Below, one piece after another: positions 10,826 to 23,210 of a stretch of DNA of 64,000 bases. Both the position numbers and the translations under genes were made by a program. The first letter of the stretch is position 1, and each line of letters opens with the position of its first letter. Under the pieces are notes generated by a model that was given only the letters and a program-made list of their open reading frames with translations, did no database searches and had not been told where the DNA came from. Source of the DNA: Desulfobacterales bacterium. Its GTDB lineage: Bacteria > Desulfobacterota > Desulfobacteria > Desulfobacterales > UBA2174. The DNA lies in contig CAXXWC010000015.1 in assembly GCA_963668645.2 (NCBI GenBank), positions 96,001 to 160,000 of the forward strand. The letters are read 5' to 3'.

Positions 10826-12102
10826 CGCTGACGATACTTTTCGGGACCATGGCGGTGGGGATGATCATCGGCATGCCCATCGCCTGGGCCATGGGTCTTG
10901 CCGGCACGCTGGCCCTGATGAACATGGGCATGCCCTTGACCATTCTGCCGCAGAAAATGTTCGGCGGGATGGACAGCTTTCCCTTGCTGTGCCTGCCTTT
11001 CTTTATCCTGGCCGGAGAACTGATGGCCGCCGGGGGATTGACCGAAAGGCTGCTGCGCTTTTCGGTCAACTGCGTCGGGCATATCCGCGGCGGGCTGGCC
11101 CTGGGCAACGTGGTGGCCAGCATGCTCTTCGGGGGGATCACCGGAGCGGCCACCGCCGACGCCACGGCCCTGGGCTCGGTGGAAATCCCGATGATGGTCA
11201 AAAACGGGTACGACAAGATGTTCTCGGCCGCCGTGACCGCGGCTTCTTCCTGCATCGGGCCGATCATCCCGCCGAGCCTGGTGGTGATCATCTATGTAAT
11301 GGTGGTGCGCGGCACCTCCATCGCCGGCTTGTTTGCCGCCGGCATGCTGCCCGGGATCCTGGTCGGCCTGGCCTTGATGTTCACCTGCTATATCATCTCG
11401 CTGCGCCGCCGTTACCCCAAGAGCGATGCCGGGCTCGGCATGCGGGCTTTCTGGCTTTCGGTCAAGGATGCGCTTCTGGCCATCATGGCGCCGGTGATCA
11501 TCCTGGGCGGCATCCTCGGGGGGGTCTTCACCGCCACCGAGGCGGCCGCCGTTGCCGTCATCTATTCTTTCATCATCGGTTTTTTCGTCTACCGGGAGAT
11601 CAAACTGGCGGACCTGCCGGAAATGTTCGTGCGCGCCGGGGTCATTTCCGCCGTGGTGATGGTCCTCATCGGCACCTCGACCACCTTCGGCATCGTCATC
11701 TCCTTCGAGCAGACGGCGCTCAAGCTCGGCAACCTCGTGGAACCGCTGGGGACCGTCGGGTTCATCCTGGTGGTCAACGCCGTGTTCCTCATCGCCGGCA
11801 TGTTTCTCGACATGTACCCGGCGATTCTGATCCTGGCGCCGGTTTTTGCCCCGGTGGCCACCAACCTGGGCATCCATCCCTACCAGTTCGGCATGATCGT
11901 GATCATCAACCTTGTCATCGGACTGATCACCCCGCCCATGGGCCAAATCCTGTTTGTCGTATCGGCCCTGGCCGACGTGAAGTTTGAAGCTTTGTGCAGG
12001 GAGATCATGGTTTTTGTTTTTGTGGAGATCGGCGTGCTGCTGCTGGTGAGCTACGTCCCCTTTTTCACCCTCTGGGTACCGTCGCTCCTGGGATACCATT
12101 GA
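10822..12102 (+). CDS. dctM: TRAP transporter large permease
   Basis: PFFILAG, IGPIIPPS, FTATEA, GLITPPMG. Confidence 0.95.
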   Translation: MTLTILFGTMAVGMIIGMPIAWAMGLAGTLALMNMGMPLTILPQKMFGGMDSFPLLCLPFFILAGELMAAGGLTERLLRFSVNCVGHIRGGLALGNVVASMLFGGITGAATADATALGSVEIPMMVKNGYDKMFSAAVTAASSCIGPIIPPSLVVIIYVMVVRGTSIAGLFAAGMLPGILVGLALMFTCYIISLRRRYPKSDAGLGMRAFWLSVKDALLAIMAPVIILGGILGGVFTATEAAAVAVIYSFIIGFFVYREIKLADLPEMFVRAGVISAVVMVLIGTSTTFGIVISFEQTALKLGNLVEPLGTVGFILVVNAVFLIAGMFLDMYPAILILAPVFAPVATNLGIHPYQFGMIVIINLVIGLITPPMGQILFVVSALADVKFEALCREIMVFVFVEIGVLLLVSYVPFFTLWVPSLLGYH

Positions 12103-12145
12103 CGTTGCCCCCGCGGCGCTGCCTGGCAGCCGGCCGCCTTGAAAA

Positions 12146-13573
12146 ATGACACCACTGACGGCAACCGAAATACGGCATTTGATCACCGAACTGGAGCGAA
12201 TCGTCACCCCTCGATACGTGGCGACCGGCGTCTTCGAAGGGATGAAAAACGCGACAACCCCCCTGGGGCTCGAAGTCGCCAAAGAATCGCTGCCCTACGC
12301 GGTGGTAATGCCGGTGGAGACACGGCAGGTCGCCCGGATTCTCGAGCTGGCCAACCGCCTGCGGGTCCCGGTCTTCGTCCGGGGATCGGGAACTTCCCTC
12401 ATCGGCCATTCCCGGCCGCACTGCCCGGGAATCGTGCTCAACACCCACCGCATGCGGGATCTGGCTATCGATGAGGCCTGCGGGTATTTCGAATGCGGGC
12501 CCGGCATCACGGCGGCGGCGGTGGGCCAGGCCCTGGAGGCCGTCGACTGTTTCCTGCCGGTCTGGCCGGGAAGCCGGGTGATCGCCTCCATGGGCGGGCT
12601 GGTGTGCAACAACACCAGCGGTCATATCGTCGATGCCTGCCTGGGCAAACCGGGGGACTATGTCCTCGGCCTTGAGGTGGTGCTGCCCACAGGAGAGATT
12701 ATCCAGACCGGCTCCAAGGGGCTGCGCCGGATCGCCGGTACGGATTTGACCAAGTTTTTCGTCGGCAGCGACGGCCTGCTGGGGGTGGTGACGCGCATCC
12801 GCATGCGCCTGGTCCCCAAGGGGTGCGAGGCCCATGGGCTGGCCGTGTTCGACGATCTCGGCAAACTGGCCCGCGGGGTCGGCCTGATCTTTGCCCGCAG
12901 GCTCCCGCCGCCGCTGTTCATGGAGATGATGGATGAGCCGGTGGCCCGCATCGGGTACCGCATCCGCAACATGACGCCTCCCGCGGGGGCTGTGGTGATG
13001 TTCGGCGCCGTCAGCGCCGATCGCCAGGGAGCCGCGGCCAAGATCGACCGGATGCTGGAGGTCTTTTCCGGGGCCGGGGCCCGGCAGGTGCAGCGCATCG
13101 AGGATGAGGCCGCCTGGCATAAGATCGTCGCGGCCCGGGAGGTAATCGGATCGTATCTGCTGCAAGAGGGCGGCGGCGTGCTCAACTCGGCCGAGGTCGT
13201 GGCAAACCTGGCCCAACTTGAGGCGGCCATGGACGATGCGGTGCATTTCAACCGTTCATTGCCGCTGCTCGGTGAACTGCAAAACCACCTCTTCGGCCAT
13301 ATCGGGGCCCTGACCTTCCATCCCTCCTTTGTCTTTCCACGCGCCTGGGCGGACGACAGACGTGCGGCAGCCCTGGACGAACTGTTCCAGCGCGAAGCGG
13401 AACTGAACCTCAAGTACGATACCTGCGGCGGTGAGTGGGGCCAGTTCGGCCGGCGCACGCCGTTTTTCAGGCAAAAGTACGGTGAGGCCGCCTTCGATCT
13501 GGTCAGGGCCTTCAAGACGGCCGCCGACCCTCATCATATCCTGAATCCGGGTATTCTCGAAGGCCGCCGCTGA
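12146..13573 (+). CDS. FAD-binding oxidoreductase (GlcD/D-lactate dehydrogenase superfamily, divergent)
   Basis: RGSGTS, LEVVLPTG, FVGSDGLLGVVT, DPHHILNPG; carries GEWGQ in place of the usual GEHG. Confidence 0.85.
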   Translation: MTPLTATEIRHLITELERIVTPRYVATGVFEGMKNATTPLGLEVAKESLPYAVVMPVETRQVARILELANRLRVPVFVRGSGTSLIGHSRPHCPGIVLNTHRMRDLAIDEACGYFECGPGITAAAVGQALEAVDCFLPVWPGSRVIASMGGLVCNNTSGHIVDACLGKPGDYVLGLEVVLPTGEIIQTGSKGLRRIAGTDLTKFFVGSDGLLGVVTRIRMRLVPKGCEAHGLAVFDDLGKLARGVGLIFARRLPPPLFMEMMDEPVARIGYRIRNMTPPAGAVVMFGAVSADRQGAAAKIDRMLEVFSGAGARQVQRIEDEAAWHKIVAAREVIGSYLLQEGGGVLNSAEVVANLAQLEAAMDDAVHFNRSLPLLGELQNHLFGHIGALTFHPSFVFPRAWADDRRAAALDELFQREAELNLKYDTCGGEWGQFGRRTPFFRQKYGEAAFDLVRAFKTAADPHHILNPGILEGRR

Positions 13574-13607
13574 TCGCGCTGCCGGTTGGGGTGCCCCGGT
13601 TTCCTGG

Positions 13608-14996
13608 CTAACTGCGCTTTTCGCACGGAAAGATCTTGCCGGGATTGAGGATCCCCTGCGGATCGATGAGCCGCTTGATGCCCTGCATCAATCCCAGGGT
13701 CGGCGCGTCGAGGTTCCAGCCGATTTTTTCGCGTTTGATCAGACCGATCCCGTGCTCGGCCGCGATGCGCCCCTCCATGGCCACCGTCGCCTCCAGGATT
13801 TCCCGCCTGGCCGCGGCGACGGCTCCGGCCGGCGTGGCGCGATCCTCCTCGGCGATACTGATATGGATATTGCCGTCTCCGGCGTGGCCGAAGCTGGCCA
13901 CCAGGACCCTGTGCCGGGCCCCGATCTTTTCCAGCACGGCGATCATGTCCGGCAGGCGCGAGATGGGAACCGCGATATCCTCTTCTTCCCAGTGAGTCCG
14001 CAGTTGCCCCAGTGCCGAATGCACCGCCCGCCTGGAGCGCCAGAGATTCTCCTGGCCGGCCTGATCCCGGGCCAGGCGGATATCCAGGGCCCCGTTCGCC
14101 TGGCAAATCCCGCGGATGATTTCCAGATCGGCGGTTATCGCGTCTGTCCGGCCGTCGACCTCGATGATCAGCAAGGTGGCCGCACCGGCCGGCAGCCCCA
14201 TGGGGGCATAGGTCTCCACGGCGGCGATGCAATGGTGATCCATGAACTCGACGGCGCTGGGCATGATCCCGGCCTGCACGATGGCCGGCACACTGGCGGC
14301 GGCCCGGGCGGGCGCATCGAAGACCGCGGTCAGAAGCTGCTTCGATTCGGGCCGCGGCACCAGTCTCAGGATCGCCTGGCAGATGATCCCCAGGGTCCCC
14401 TCGGAGCCGACAAAGAGCCGGGTCAGATCATAGCCGACCACGTCCTTGATACATTTGGAGCCGGTATGGACGATGTCGCCGTTGGGCAGGACCAGCTCCA
14501 GCCCCATGACGAAGTCCCGGGTCACCCCGTATTTCACCGCGCGCATGCCGCCGGCGTTTTCGGCGATGTTGCCCCCGATGGAAGAAACGCTGAGGCTGGC
14601 CGGATCGGGCGGGTAGAAAAGCCCATGCCGCGCGGCGGCGGCATCCAGTGCGGCGTTGGTCACCCCGGGTTCCACCACCGCCAGAAAGTTCTGGGGATCG
14701 ATGCTCAAAATCCGGTTGAAACCGGTCATCACCATCACCAGCCCCCCGGCCAGGGGTACGGACCCGCCGGTCAGGCCGGTGCCGGCGCCTCTGGGAACCA
14801 CCGCGATCCGGTGTTCGGCGGCGATGGCCATGACGGCCGCGACCTCGCCGGTGTCGTGGGGAAAGACCACCGCATCGGGCAGGTCGGCCGTGCAGGCGGC
14901 GTCAAAAGCGTAGCAGGCGCAATCTTCCCTGGCGGTCAGAAAGCGATGCGGCCCCAGCAGGCCAGTCAATTTTTGGGCGGCTTGGCGGGCAATCAT
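13608..14996 (-). CDS. glcD: FAD-linked oxidase, glycolate oxidase GlcD-like
   Basis: PRGAGTG, YPPDPAS, GGNIAENAGG, KYGVT, GSEGTLG, GHAGDGNIH, AEHGIG, ILNPGK. Confidence 0.85.
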   Translation of the reverse strand: MIARQAAQKLTGLLGPHRFLTAREDCACYAFDAACTADLPDAVVFPHDTGEVAAVMAIAAEHRIAVVPRGAGTGLTGGSVPLAGGLVMVMTGFNRILSIDPQNFLAVVEPGVTNAALDAAAARHGLFYPPDPASLSVSSIGGNIAENAGGMRAVKYGVTRDFVMGLELVLPNGDIVHTGSKCIKDVVGYDLTRLFVGSEGTLGIICQAILRLVPRPESKQLLTAVFDAPARAAASVPAIVQAGIMPSAVEFMDHHCIAAVETYAPMGLPAGAATLLIIEVDGRTDAITADLEIIRGICQANGALDIRLARDQAGQENLWRSRRAVHSALGQLRTHWEEEDIAVPISRLPDMIAVLEKIGARHRVLVASFGHAGDGNIHISIAEEDRATPAGAVAAARREILEATVAMEGRIAAEHGIGLIKREKIGWNLDAPTLGLMQGIKRLIDPQGILNPGKIFPCEKRS

Positions 14997-15000
14997 GGGA

Positions 15001-16062
15001 TCAGTGCCCGCAAGCCTCGACCGCCCGGGTCATGGCGTGCAGGTTCTCCGGCGGGGTCCAGGGGGAAAGCTCGCAACCGGGACCGAGGATGAAACCGCCT
15101 TCGATCCGCCTCGCTTTTTCGAGGCTGGTGCGGCACAGGTCGTAAACCGCTTGCGCACTGGCCGTGCGCAGGGTTACCGGGTCGATGTTGCCGTAAATGA
15201 TGTCCCTGGGAAAAAATCGGGCCGCCGTTTCCAGCTCGATCTCGGTGCCCACGCTCAGGATGCTCGGGTGGGGCCACGGGGCGGCCTCGGCCAGGGCCGG
15301 AAGGTTCCTGTTCTGTTCGCCGCAGATATGCAGGCCGAAGCGGCGGATGCCCAAAGAGCGCAGCCGGTCGTGATAGGCGATATGGTAGGGCAGCGCCAGG
15401 CGCTCGAACAACCGGGGGGCGATCAGTTGGTTGGACTCCCCCGGAGAGGTCATCCAGACAAAGAGGTTGTCCGCCCCGAAAAGCCCGGCCCAGCGGGCCA
15501 GCACGGCATGGGTGTGATCGAGGGCCATCTGCATGAGTCGCCGGCAGCGCTCGGGCGCCTTCAGGGTCCATTTTAAAAAGAGCTCGAAACCGCAGATATT
15601 CGCCGCCATGGTAAACGGTGAGCGGGACAGGAACGTGACCGGCAGCCCGTGGTCCTGCTGCAGCCGGGCAAAACGCAAAGCCCGGGGGATATTGCCGGCG
15701 GTTTCGGGATCCGGTTGCGGCAAGTTTTCGATATCCTCCCAGGCGGTCATGGGATAGGCCTCGACCACCATGGCCCCTTCGTAGGTATCGCGCGGCAGCC
15801 GGACCTGCCCGCCGAAATCGGCCGCCGCCAGCACGGTGTGGCTGAACCCCTGAAGGATCTGATCCCATCCGAAGTCCCGGGTCGTGTCCAGAAAGGCGTG
15901 AAAACATTTTTCAGGGTCTTCATAGGCTTGCCGGACCGTGCCGCCCTGATGGACCGTGTTGAAGCCAAGCCCCATGAACTGGGTGCCGATGGGGACCCGG
16001 TCCGGCTTCCGGTAGGCAAAAAGCGCATCGAGCCGTTGCGCGGAAGTCATTGGTGTGGTCAT
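15001..16062 (-). CDS. Uroporphyrinogen decarboxylase-fold protein (MtaA/CmuA-like methyltransferase)
   Basis: PDRVP, SPFT, LHICG and GPGC (H-x-C...C Zn motif), GNIDP, TPPENL. Confidence 0.8.
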   Translation of the reverse strand: MTTPMTSAQRLDALFAYRKPDRVPIGTQFMGLGFNTVHQGGTVRQAYEDPEKCFHAFLDTTRDFGWDQILQGFSHTVLAAADFGGQVRLPRDTYEGAMVVEAYPMTAWEDIENLPQPDPETAGNIPRALRFARLQQDHGLPVTFLSRSPFTMAANICGFELFLKWTLKAPERCRRLMQMALDHTHAVLARWAGLFGADNLFVWMTSPGESNQLIAPRLFERLALPYHIAYHDRLRSLGIRRFGLHICGEQNRNLPALAEAAPWPHPSILSVGTEIELETAARFFPRDIIYGNIDPVTLRTASAQAVYDLCRTSLEKARRIEGGFILGPGCELSPWTPPENLHAMTRAVEACGH

Positions 16063-16419
16063 CGCTATTCCTCGGATTGATCGGGGCCAGCCTGCGGCCG
16101 GCTCGTCCGGCGGTATGTGCCGGCATCGGGATAAGGATTGAAGCAAGGGAATCGGGCGGCCCGGGTAGCATTACAGGCAGGGAATCCCAAAACGACCCGG
16201 CCTTGAATATCGGAACCGGTGTTGATCGTCAAGCCGCTTTCCCGGGCCGGTAAAATCGCCGGGGCGCCTTGCCAAAGATTCCGGAGGCTGCCGGTTCGCT
16301 TCTGCCAGAGCGACCTTCAAATGCGCCACCGACTCTGCGCAAATCATCTTGTACATCCACCGGCGACTGTGGTAGGCACCGAGGCCAGTGCCTGCCACCG
16401 CCGTCTTCGAGGAGAAGCC

Positions 16420-17088
16420 ATGGACCGTTATCCCTACCTGCTCTACTGCCAGGCCCACCGCCCGCGGCCGCTGATTGAAGGGCTTCGCGGCGATCCCTAC
16501 GTCATCGACCTCTCCTTTCGCAACACGTCCCTGGCCGCAATCGACGTTCGCGACCAGCGCACCTTCCAGCAGCGGCTGGACGCCGACATGGCGGCCGGCG
16601 GGCACAGCTGGGGGCTCGCTGGGTATCTCGAACGGCGCGACTCGCTGCTGCGCGACTGCCCCCAAATGGTCTCAGAAAACCGCTTTTACCACCTCGGTCT
16701 GGACGTCATCGCCCCCTGCGGCACCGCCCTGCACGCCCCGCTGGCCGCAACGGTGGCCGACGCGGGCTACGAGGCCGGAGACGGCAACTACGGCGGCTAC
16801 GTGCTGCTGGAGCACGGCGGCCCCGGGGTGGAGACCTTCTACAGCTTCTACGGCCACCTCTCCCGCGCTGACCTGCCGGCCCGCGGAACCCGGCTGCAGC
16901 CCGGCGATCCGTTCACCCGCCTGGGTGATTTTCACGAGAACGGCAACTGGTTCCACCACACCCACCTTCAGGTGATCACGGCCGCAGGACTGCACCGCGG
17001 CTACCAGTTCAAGGGCTACTGCGCCCCGCAAGACATGCCCGACCTCAACGACCTGTGCCCCTCGCCGCTGCCGCTGTTCCGGGTCTAG
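16420..17088 (+). CDS. M23-family metallopeptidase domain protein
   Basis: HLGLD, GNYG, SFYGHL, HTHLQ; GAGGAG RBS; no signal peptide. Confidence 0.8.
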   Translation: MDRYPYLLYCQAHRPRPLIEGLRGDPYVIDLSFRNTSLAAIDVRDQRTFQQRLDADMAAGGHSWGLAGYLERRDSLLRDCPQMVSENRFYHLGLDVIAPCGTALHAPLAATVADAGYEAGDGNYGGYVLLEHGGPGVETFYSFYGHLSRADLPARGTRLQPGDPFTRLGDFHENGNWFHHTHLQVITAAGLHRGYQFKGYCAPQDMPDLNDLCPSPLPLFRV

Positions 17089-17123
17089 GCCCACCCAGCC
17101 GACCTGCCGCTGCAAGGGAATCT

Positions 17124-18560
17124 TCAAAGGTGCCTGAGGCGCATCAGCCAGGCAAAGACCCGCTCGAAGGTATTGCCGTAAGGCGGGTACATCCGGGCGA
17201 CCATGGTCACCGGCGCCTGGCTGAAAACCGGCCGCAGCTTGGAAAACTCCAAAAACCCCTCGTAGGCGTGGTACTGGCCCATGCCGCTGTTGCCCACCCC
17301 GCCGAAAGGCAGATCGTGCTGGGCCGCATGCACGGCGCAGTCGTTGATCCCCACCGCGCCGGACATGGTGTGCCGGATCACCCGTTCCTGGATCGCCTTG
17401 TCGTGGGTGAACAGATAGAGGGCCAGGGGACGCTCCCGGGCGTTGATGTAAGCCAGGACCTCATCCAGGTTCCGGTAGGTCTTGACCGGCAGGATGGGGC
17501 CGAAGATCTCCTCTTGCATGAGCTGCATTTCGTCGCTCACGTCGAGCACCAGGGTGGGCGGGATCTTGCGCCGGCCCGGATCCGGCTCCGCCCCGGGCAC
17601 CAGGTTGATCACCCGGGCGCCCTTGGCTTCGGCGTCGGCCAGAACGGCGGTCAAACGCCGGTAGGCCCGGTCGTCGATGATGGCCGTATAGTCGCCGCTG
17701 GTGATGTCCGGGTAGCGGTACGGCATCAGCCGCCGGGCCTGTTCGATGAAGTCCGCCTGCCGGCCTGCGGGCAGGAACAGGTAGTCCGGCGCCACACAGG
17801 TCTGGCCGGCGTTCATGTACTTGACGTAGAGGATGCGGTCGGCGGCCCGGGCCATGTCGAAGTCTTCGGCCACGATGGTGGGCGACTTGCCGCCCAGCTC
17901 GAGGGTCACCGGGGTGAGGTGCTCGGCCGCGGCCCGCATCACGGCCCGGCCGGTGGGCGGAGAGCCGGTGAAGATCAGATGGTCGAAGGGCAGAACGGTG
18001 AACTCGGCCGCCGGCACACCGGGCACCACGGCCACCAGGTCTTCGGGCAGTACCGCGCCGATGCGCCGTTGAAGCAACCGGCAGAGCCCTTGGGCGTTGG
18101 CCGCCATCTTGATCATGCAGCGGTTGCCGGCTGCCAGGGCGCCGGTCAAAGGCCCCAGGGCGAGCTGCAGCGGGTAGTTCCAGGGCGAGATAATCCCCAC
18201 CACCCCTTTGGGCTGGGCAATCACGCGGTTTCGCGCTCCGGCAAAGAGCAGGGATGTGTGCCGGCGCCGTGGGCGCATCCAGCGCTTCAGATGGCGCCGG
18301 GCGTGGGTTAAACCGGAAACGGTGGGAAAAATGTCGAGCAGGCGGGTTTCCTGGGTACTGCGCTGGCCGAAGTCCGCACTGACGACCTCGGCGATCTCGT
18401 GCTGGTGTTCGATGAGCAGATTTTCGACGGCCAGCATCGCCGCGCAGCGCTCCTGGCATGAAAGATAAGGCTTTGCCAGCCAGGCTGCCCGCTGGCGGTC
18501 GAAGATTTGCCGCGCTCTGCCGCTGTTATAGGTTGGGTCAACCGATACCTTTGCCTCCAT
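17124..18560 (-). CDS. Coniferyl aldehyde dehydrogenase-like (ALDH3 family)
   Basis: PWNYP, FTGS, TLELGGKSP, NAGQTCVAPDY, EEIFGP, PFGGVGNSG. Confidence 0.9.
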   Translation of the reverse strand: MEAKVSVDPTYNSGRARQIFDRQRAAWLAKPYLSCQERCAAMLAVENLLIEHQHEIAEVVSADFGQRSTQETRLLDIFPTVSGLTHARRHLKRWMRPRRRHTSLLFAGARNRVIAQPKGVVGIISPWNYPLQLALGPLTGALAAGNRCMIKMAANAQGLCRLLQRRIGAVLPEDLVAVVPGVPAAEFTVLPFDHLIFTGSPPTGRAVMRAAAEHLTPVTLELGGKSPTIVAEDFDMARAADRILYVKYMNAGQTCVAPDYLFLPAGRQADFIEQARRLMPYRYPDITSGDYTAIIDDRAYRRLTAVLADAEAKGARVINLVPGAEPDPGRRKIPPTLVLDVSDEMQLMQEEIFGPILPVKTYRNLDEVLAYINARERPLALYLFTHDKAIQERVIRHTMSGAVGINDCAVHAAQHDLPFGGVGNSGMGQYHAYEGFLEFSKLRPVFSQAPVTMVARMYPPYGNTFERVFAWLMRLRHL

Positions 18561-18730
18561 CGAATCATCCTTCCAGGGGGGCGAAAACAGCGCCCCGCCT
18601 TGAACAGGTCGCCATCCATGATGATGGATGGCCCAATAAAACGCCGGTCCCTACAAGCGTCGGGACCGGCGAAGTGTTGCATGCCGGTGTATCGAGCCGT
18701 CTATCCAACGCGGGGCCGGACCGCCGGCGG

Positions 18731-20362
<1,632 letters not shown>

Positions 20363-20403
20363 TGTTCCTCCTTAATCACGATGATGCGAGGACAATCGAT
20401 CGC

Positions 20404-23169
20404 TCACATCTTTTCGAGACGCACGGCGCAGGCCTTGTACTCGGCCGTCATGGTGATATCATCGAAGGCCGCGTTGGTCAGCCAGTTGCCGCAAGCCTCA
20501 CGGAAATGAAAGGCCATCCAGACCATCCCCGGCGGCACCTCGCCGGTGATCTTGGCCTTGACCTCGATCTGGCCCCGGCGCGAAAGCACCCGGATCTTTT
20601 CGCCCTGATCGATGCCCAGGGCCTCGGCATCGGCCAGGGAAATATCGGCGGTCTCCTCGCCGAGGATGTCGTTGAGCCCCTCGCAGCGGCCGGTCTGGGT
20701 CCGGGTGTGGTAGTGGGCCAGACGCCGGCCGGTGGAAAGCACCATGGGGTACTCGTCGTCGGGAACTTCGGCCGGCGGGGTCCACTCGGCCGGCATGAAG
20801 ACGCCCAGCCCGCAGGTAAACTGTCCGTCCTTGTGCAGAAAGCAGGTGCCCCCATGTTCCTCGTTGGGGCATGGCCACTGCAGCCCGTTGCCCTCCAGAC
20901 GGTTATACTTGATCCCGCCGAACTGGGGTGCCAGCACCGACACCTCCTCGTCCCAGATCTGCCGGGCGCTGTCCGAAGCCCAATCATGGCCGAAGCGTTT
21001 GGCGATCTGTTTGAAAATCCACCAGTTGGGCCGGGCCTCGCCCGGTGGCTGGCTGGCGGTGCGCACCCGGTTGACCCGCCGTTCGCTGTTGGTGAAGGTA
21101 CCGTCGTTTTCGCTCCAGGCCGCCGCCGGCAGGATCACGTGGGCAAAGCGGGTGGTCTCGTTGGGAAAGATGTCCTGCACCACGAGAAACTCCGCCGAGG
21201 CCAGTTCGTGCTCCACCTTGCGGATATCCGGCTCGGTGTTGGCCAGGTTCTCGCCGAAGATGTAAAAACCGCGCACCGAGCCGTCGACCAGCCCTTCCAT
21301 CATCTGGGGGATCATCAGGCCGTTGGCCGCCGGCAGATCTTCAGTCCCCCAGGCCTTTTCGAACTTGGCGCGCGCCGCCAGGTCGCCCACCTTCTGGTAG
21401 CCGTGAAAGACATTGGGCAACGCCCCCATGTCGCAGGCCCCCTGGACGTTGTTCTGGCCGCGCAGCGGATTGACCCCGCCGCACTCGACGCCCATGTTGC
21501 CCAGCAGCATCTGCAAATTGGCCACGCTCATCACGTTGCGCGTACCGCAGGTGTGCTCGGTGATGCCCAGCGTGTAGCAGAGCATCATCGGCTTGACCGA
21601 GGCGATGCGCCGGGCCGTTTTGCGGATCAGATCGGCGGGAACCCCGCAGATATCGGCCGCATACTCGGGTGGGTAGGACTTTACGGCGGCGGCCAGCTTG
21701 TCGAAATCGACCGTGCATGAATCGACAAACTTCCTATCGTAGAGGTTTTCGGCGATCAGCACGTTCATCAGGGCGTTGAGAAAGGCGATGTCGCTGCCCA
21801 CCCGGATCGGCACGTGCAGTTCGGCCATCTCGGCCAGTTTGTGGCGCCGCGGGTCGACCACGATCAGCGCGGCGCCCTTGAGCACGGCGTTTTTCACGAA
21901 GGTGGAGGCCACCGGATGGGCCTCGGTCATGTTGGAACCGATCACAAAGAACATCTTGGCCCTGGCGAACTCGTTGAACGAGTTGGTCATGGCTCCGGAA
22001 CCGAACGTGGTCGCCAGCCCGGCGACCGTCGGGGCATGTCAAGTACGGGCACAATGGTCGATGTTGTTCGTCTTGAACACCGCCCGGAAAAGCTTTTGCA
22101 TCTGGTAGGAGTCTTCGTTGATGCTCCGGGCGCAGCTCACCCCGGCCACGGCGTTGGACCCGCTCTCGGCGATGATCTGCTTGAACTTTTCAGCCACAAG
22201 ATCCAGGGCCTCGTCCCAGGATGCCTCTCGAAATCCCTCCCCGTCGCGGATCAGCGGGGTCTTGAGGCGCTCTTCGGAGTAGATGAAATCGTAGCCGTAG
22301 CGCCCCTTGACGCAGAGCCGCCCCTGGTTCGGTTCGGCATCCTCGACCGCCGTGATCCGCACGATGCGCCCGTCGCGCACATGCAGCCACTGCTGGCAGC
22401 CCACCCCGCAGTACGGGCAGGTGGTGCGGATCTTTTCCACTTCCCAGGGCCGCCATTGGAAACGGGCCTTCTTGTCGACCAAAGCACCGGTGGGGCAGGC
22501 CTGGACGCACTGGCCGCAAAAAACGCAGTCCGAATCGGCCAGGGAGCGGTCGTCGCCGGCCACGATCTTTACCTGGCGGCCGTGGTAGCCGAAATTGATA
22601 GCCCGGTTAACCTGGACCTCGTTGCAGGCCTGGACGCAGCGGCCGCAGCGGATACAGCGCGAAAAATCCCGCACGATCATCGGGTTGGCCAGCTCCGGTG
22701 GCGGACAATCGGTCAGCGGGACGAAGCGGTCCGGCCGGGCCTGGTACTGGAAGGCGAGTTCCTGCAACTTGCAGTCGCCCCAGGACGGGCACAACTCGTC
22801 GCCGTCCATGGTTTGGGCGGCGATCTGAAAGGCGCTCCAGTCACCGCCGTGTTCCATCTGGGTGGCGGCGCAGTTGTGGTTGCCCGAGGCCAGCATCAGT
22901 TCGATGATGGTGCGCCGGGCGGCAACGACCACCGGCGATTCGGTCTGCACGCGCATCCCCCCGGCCACCGGGGTGGTGCAGGCCGCCATAAGGGTCTCGG
23001 CCCCTTCGACCTCCACCACGCATACCCGGCAGGCGCCGGTGGGGGTGGTGCCGGCCAGGTGGCACAGGGTGGGGATGACCACCTGGTGGCGGCGGGCCGC
23101 CTCCAGGATCGTCTCGCCCGGCTGAAAATCGACTTCGCGTCCGTTGAGGGTGAAGACGTTTGCGACCAT
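20404..23169 (-). CDS. fdhF: Selenocysteine-containing formate dehydrogenase alpha subunit with N-terminal 2Fe-2S/4Fe-4S module
   Basis: ORFs 22039..23199 and 20404..21990 are in the same frame, joined by TGA (22039-22041) in NIDHCART-U-HAPTVAGL. SECIS hairpin follows; GGAGGAG RBS before ATG 23169. Confidence 0.95.
22009..22027 (-). promoter_or_regulatory. Bacterial SECIS element
   Basis: 11 nt after the UGA: GGUCGCC-GGGCU-GGCGACC, a perfect 7-bp stem with the same spacing as the E. coli fdhF SECIS. Confidence 0.9.
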
Positions 23170-23210
23170 AGCTCCTCCACTCGTTTCAGGTTTCACCACT
23201 CTCGTCTAAT

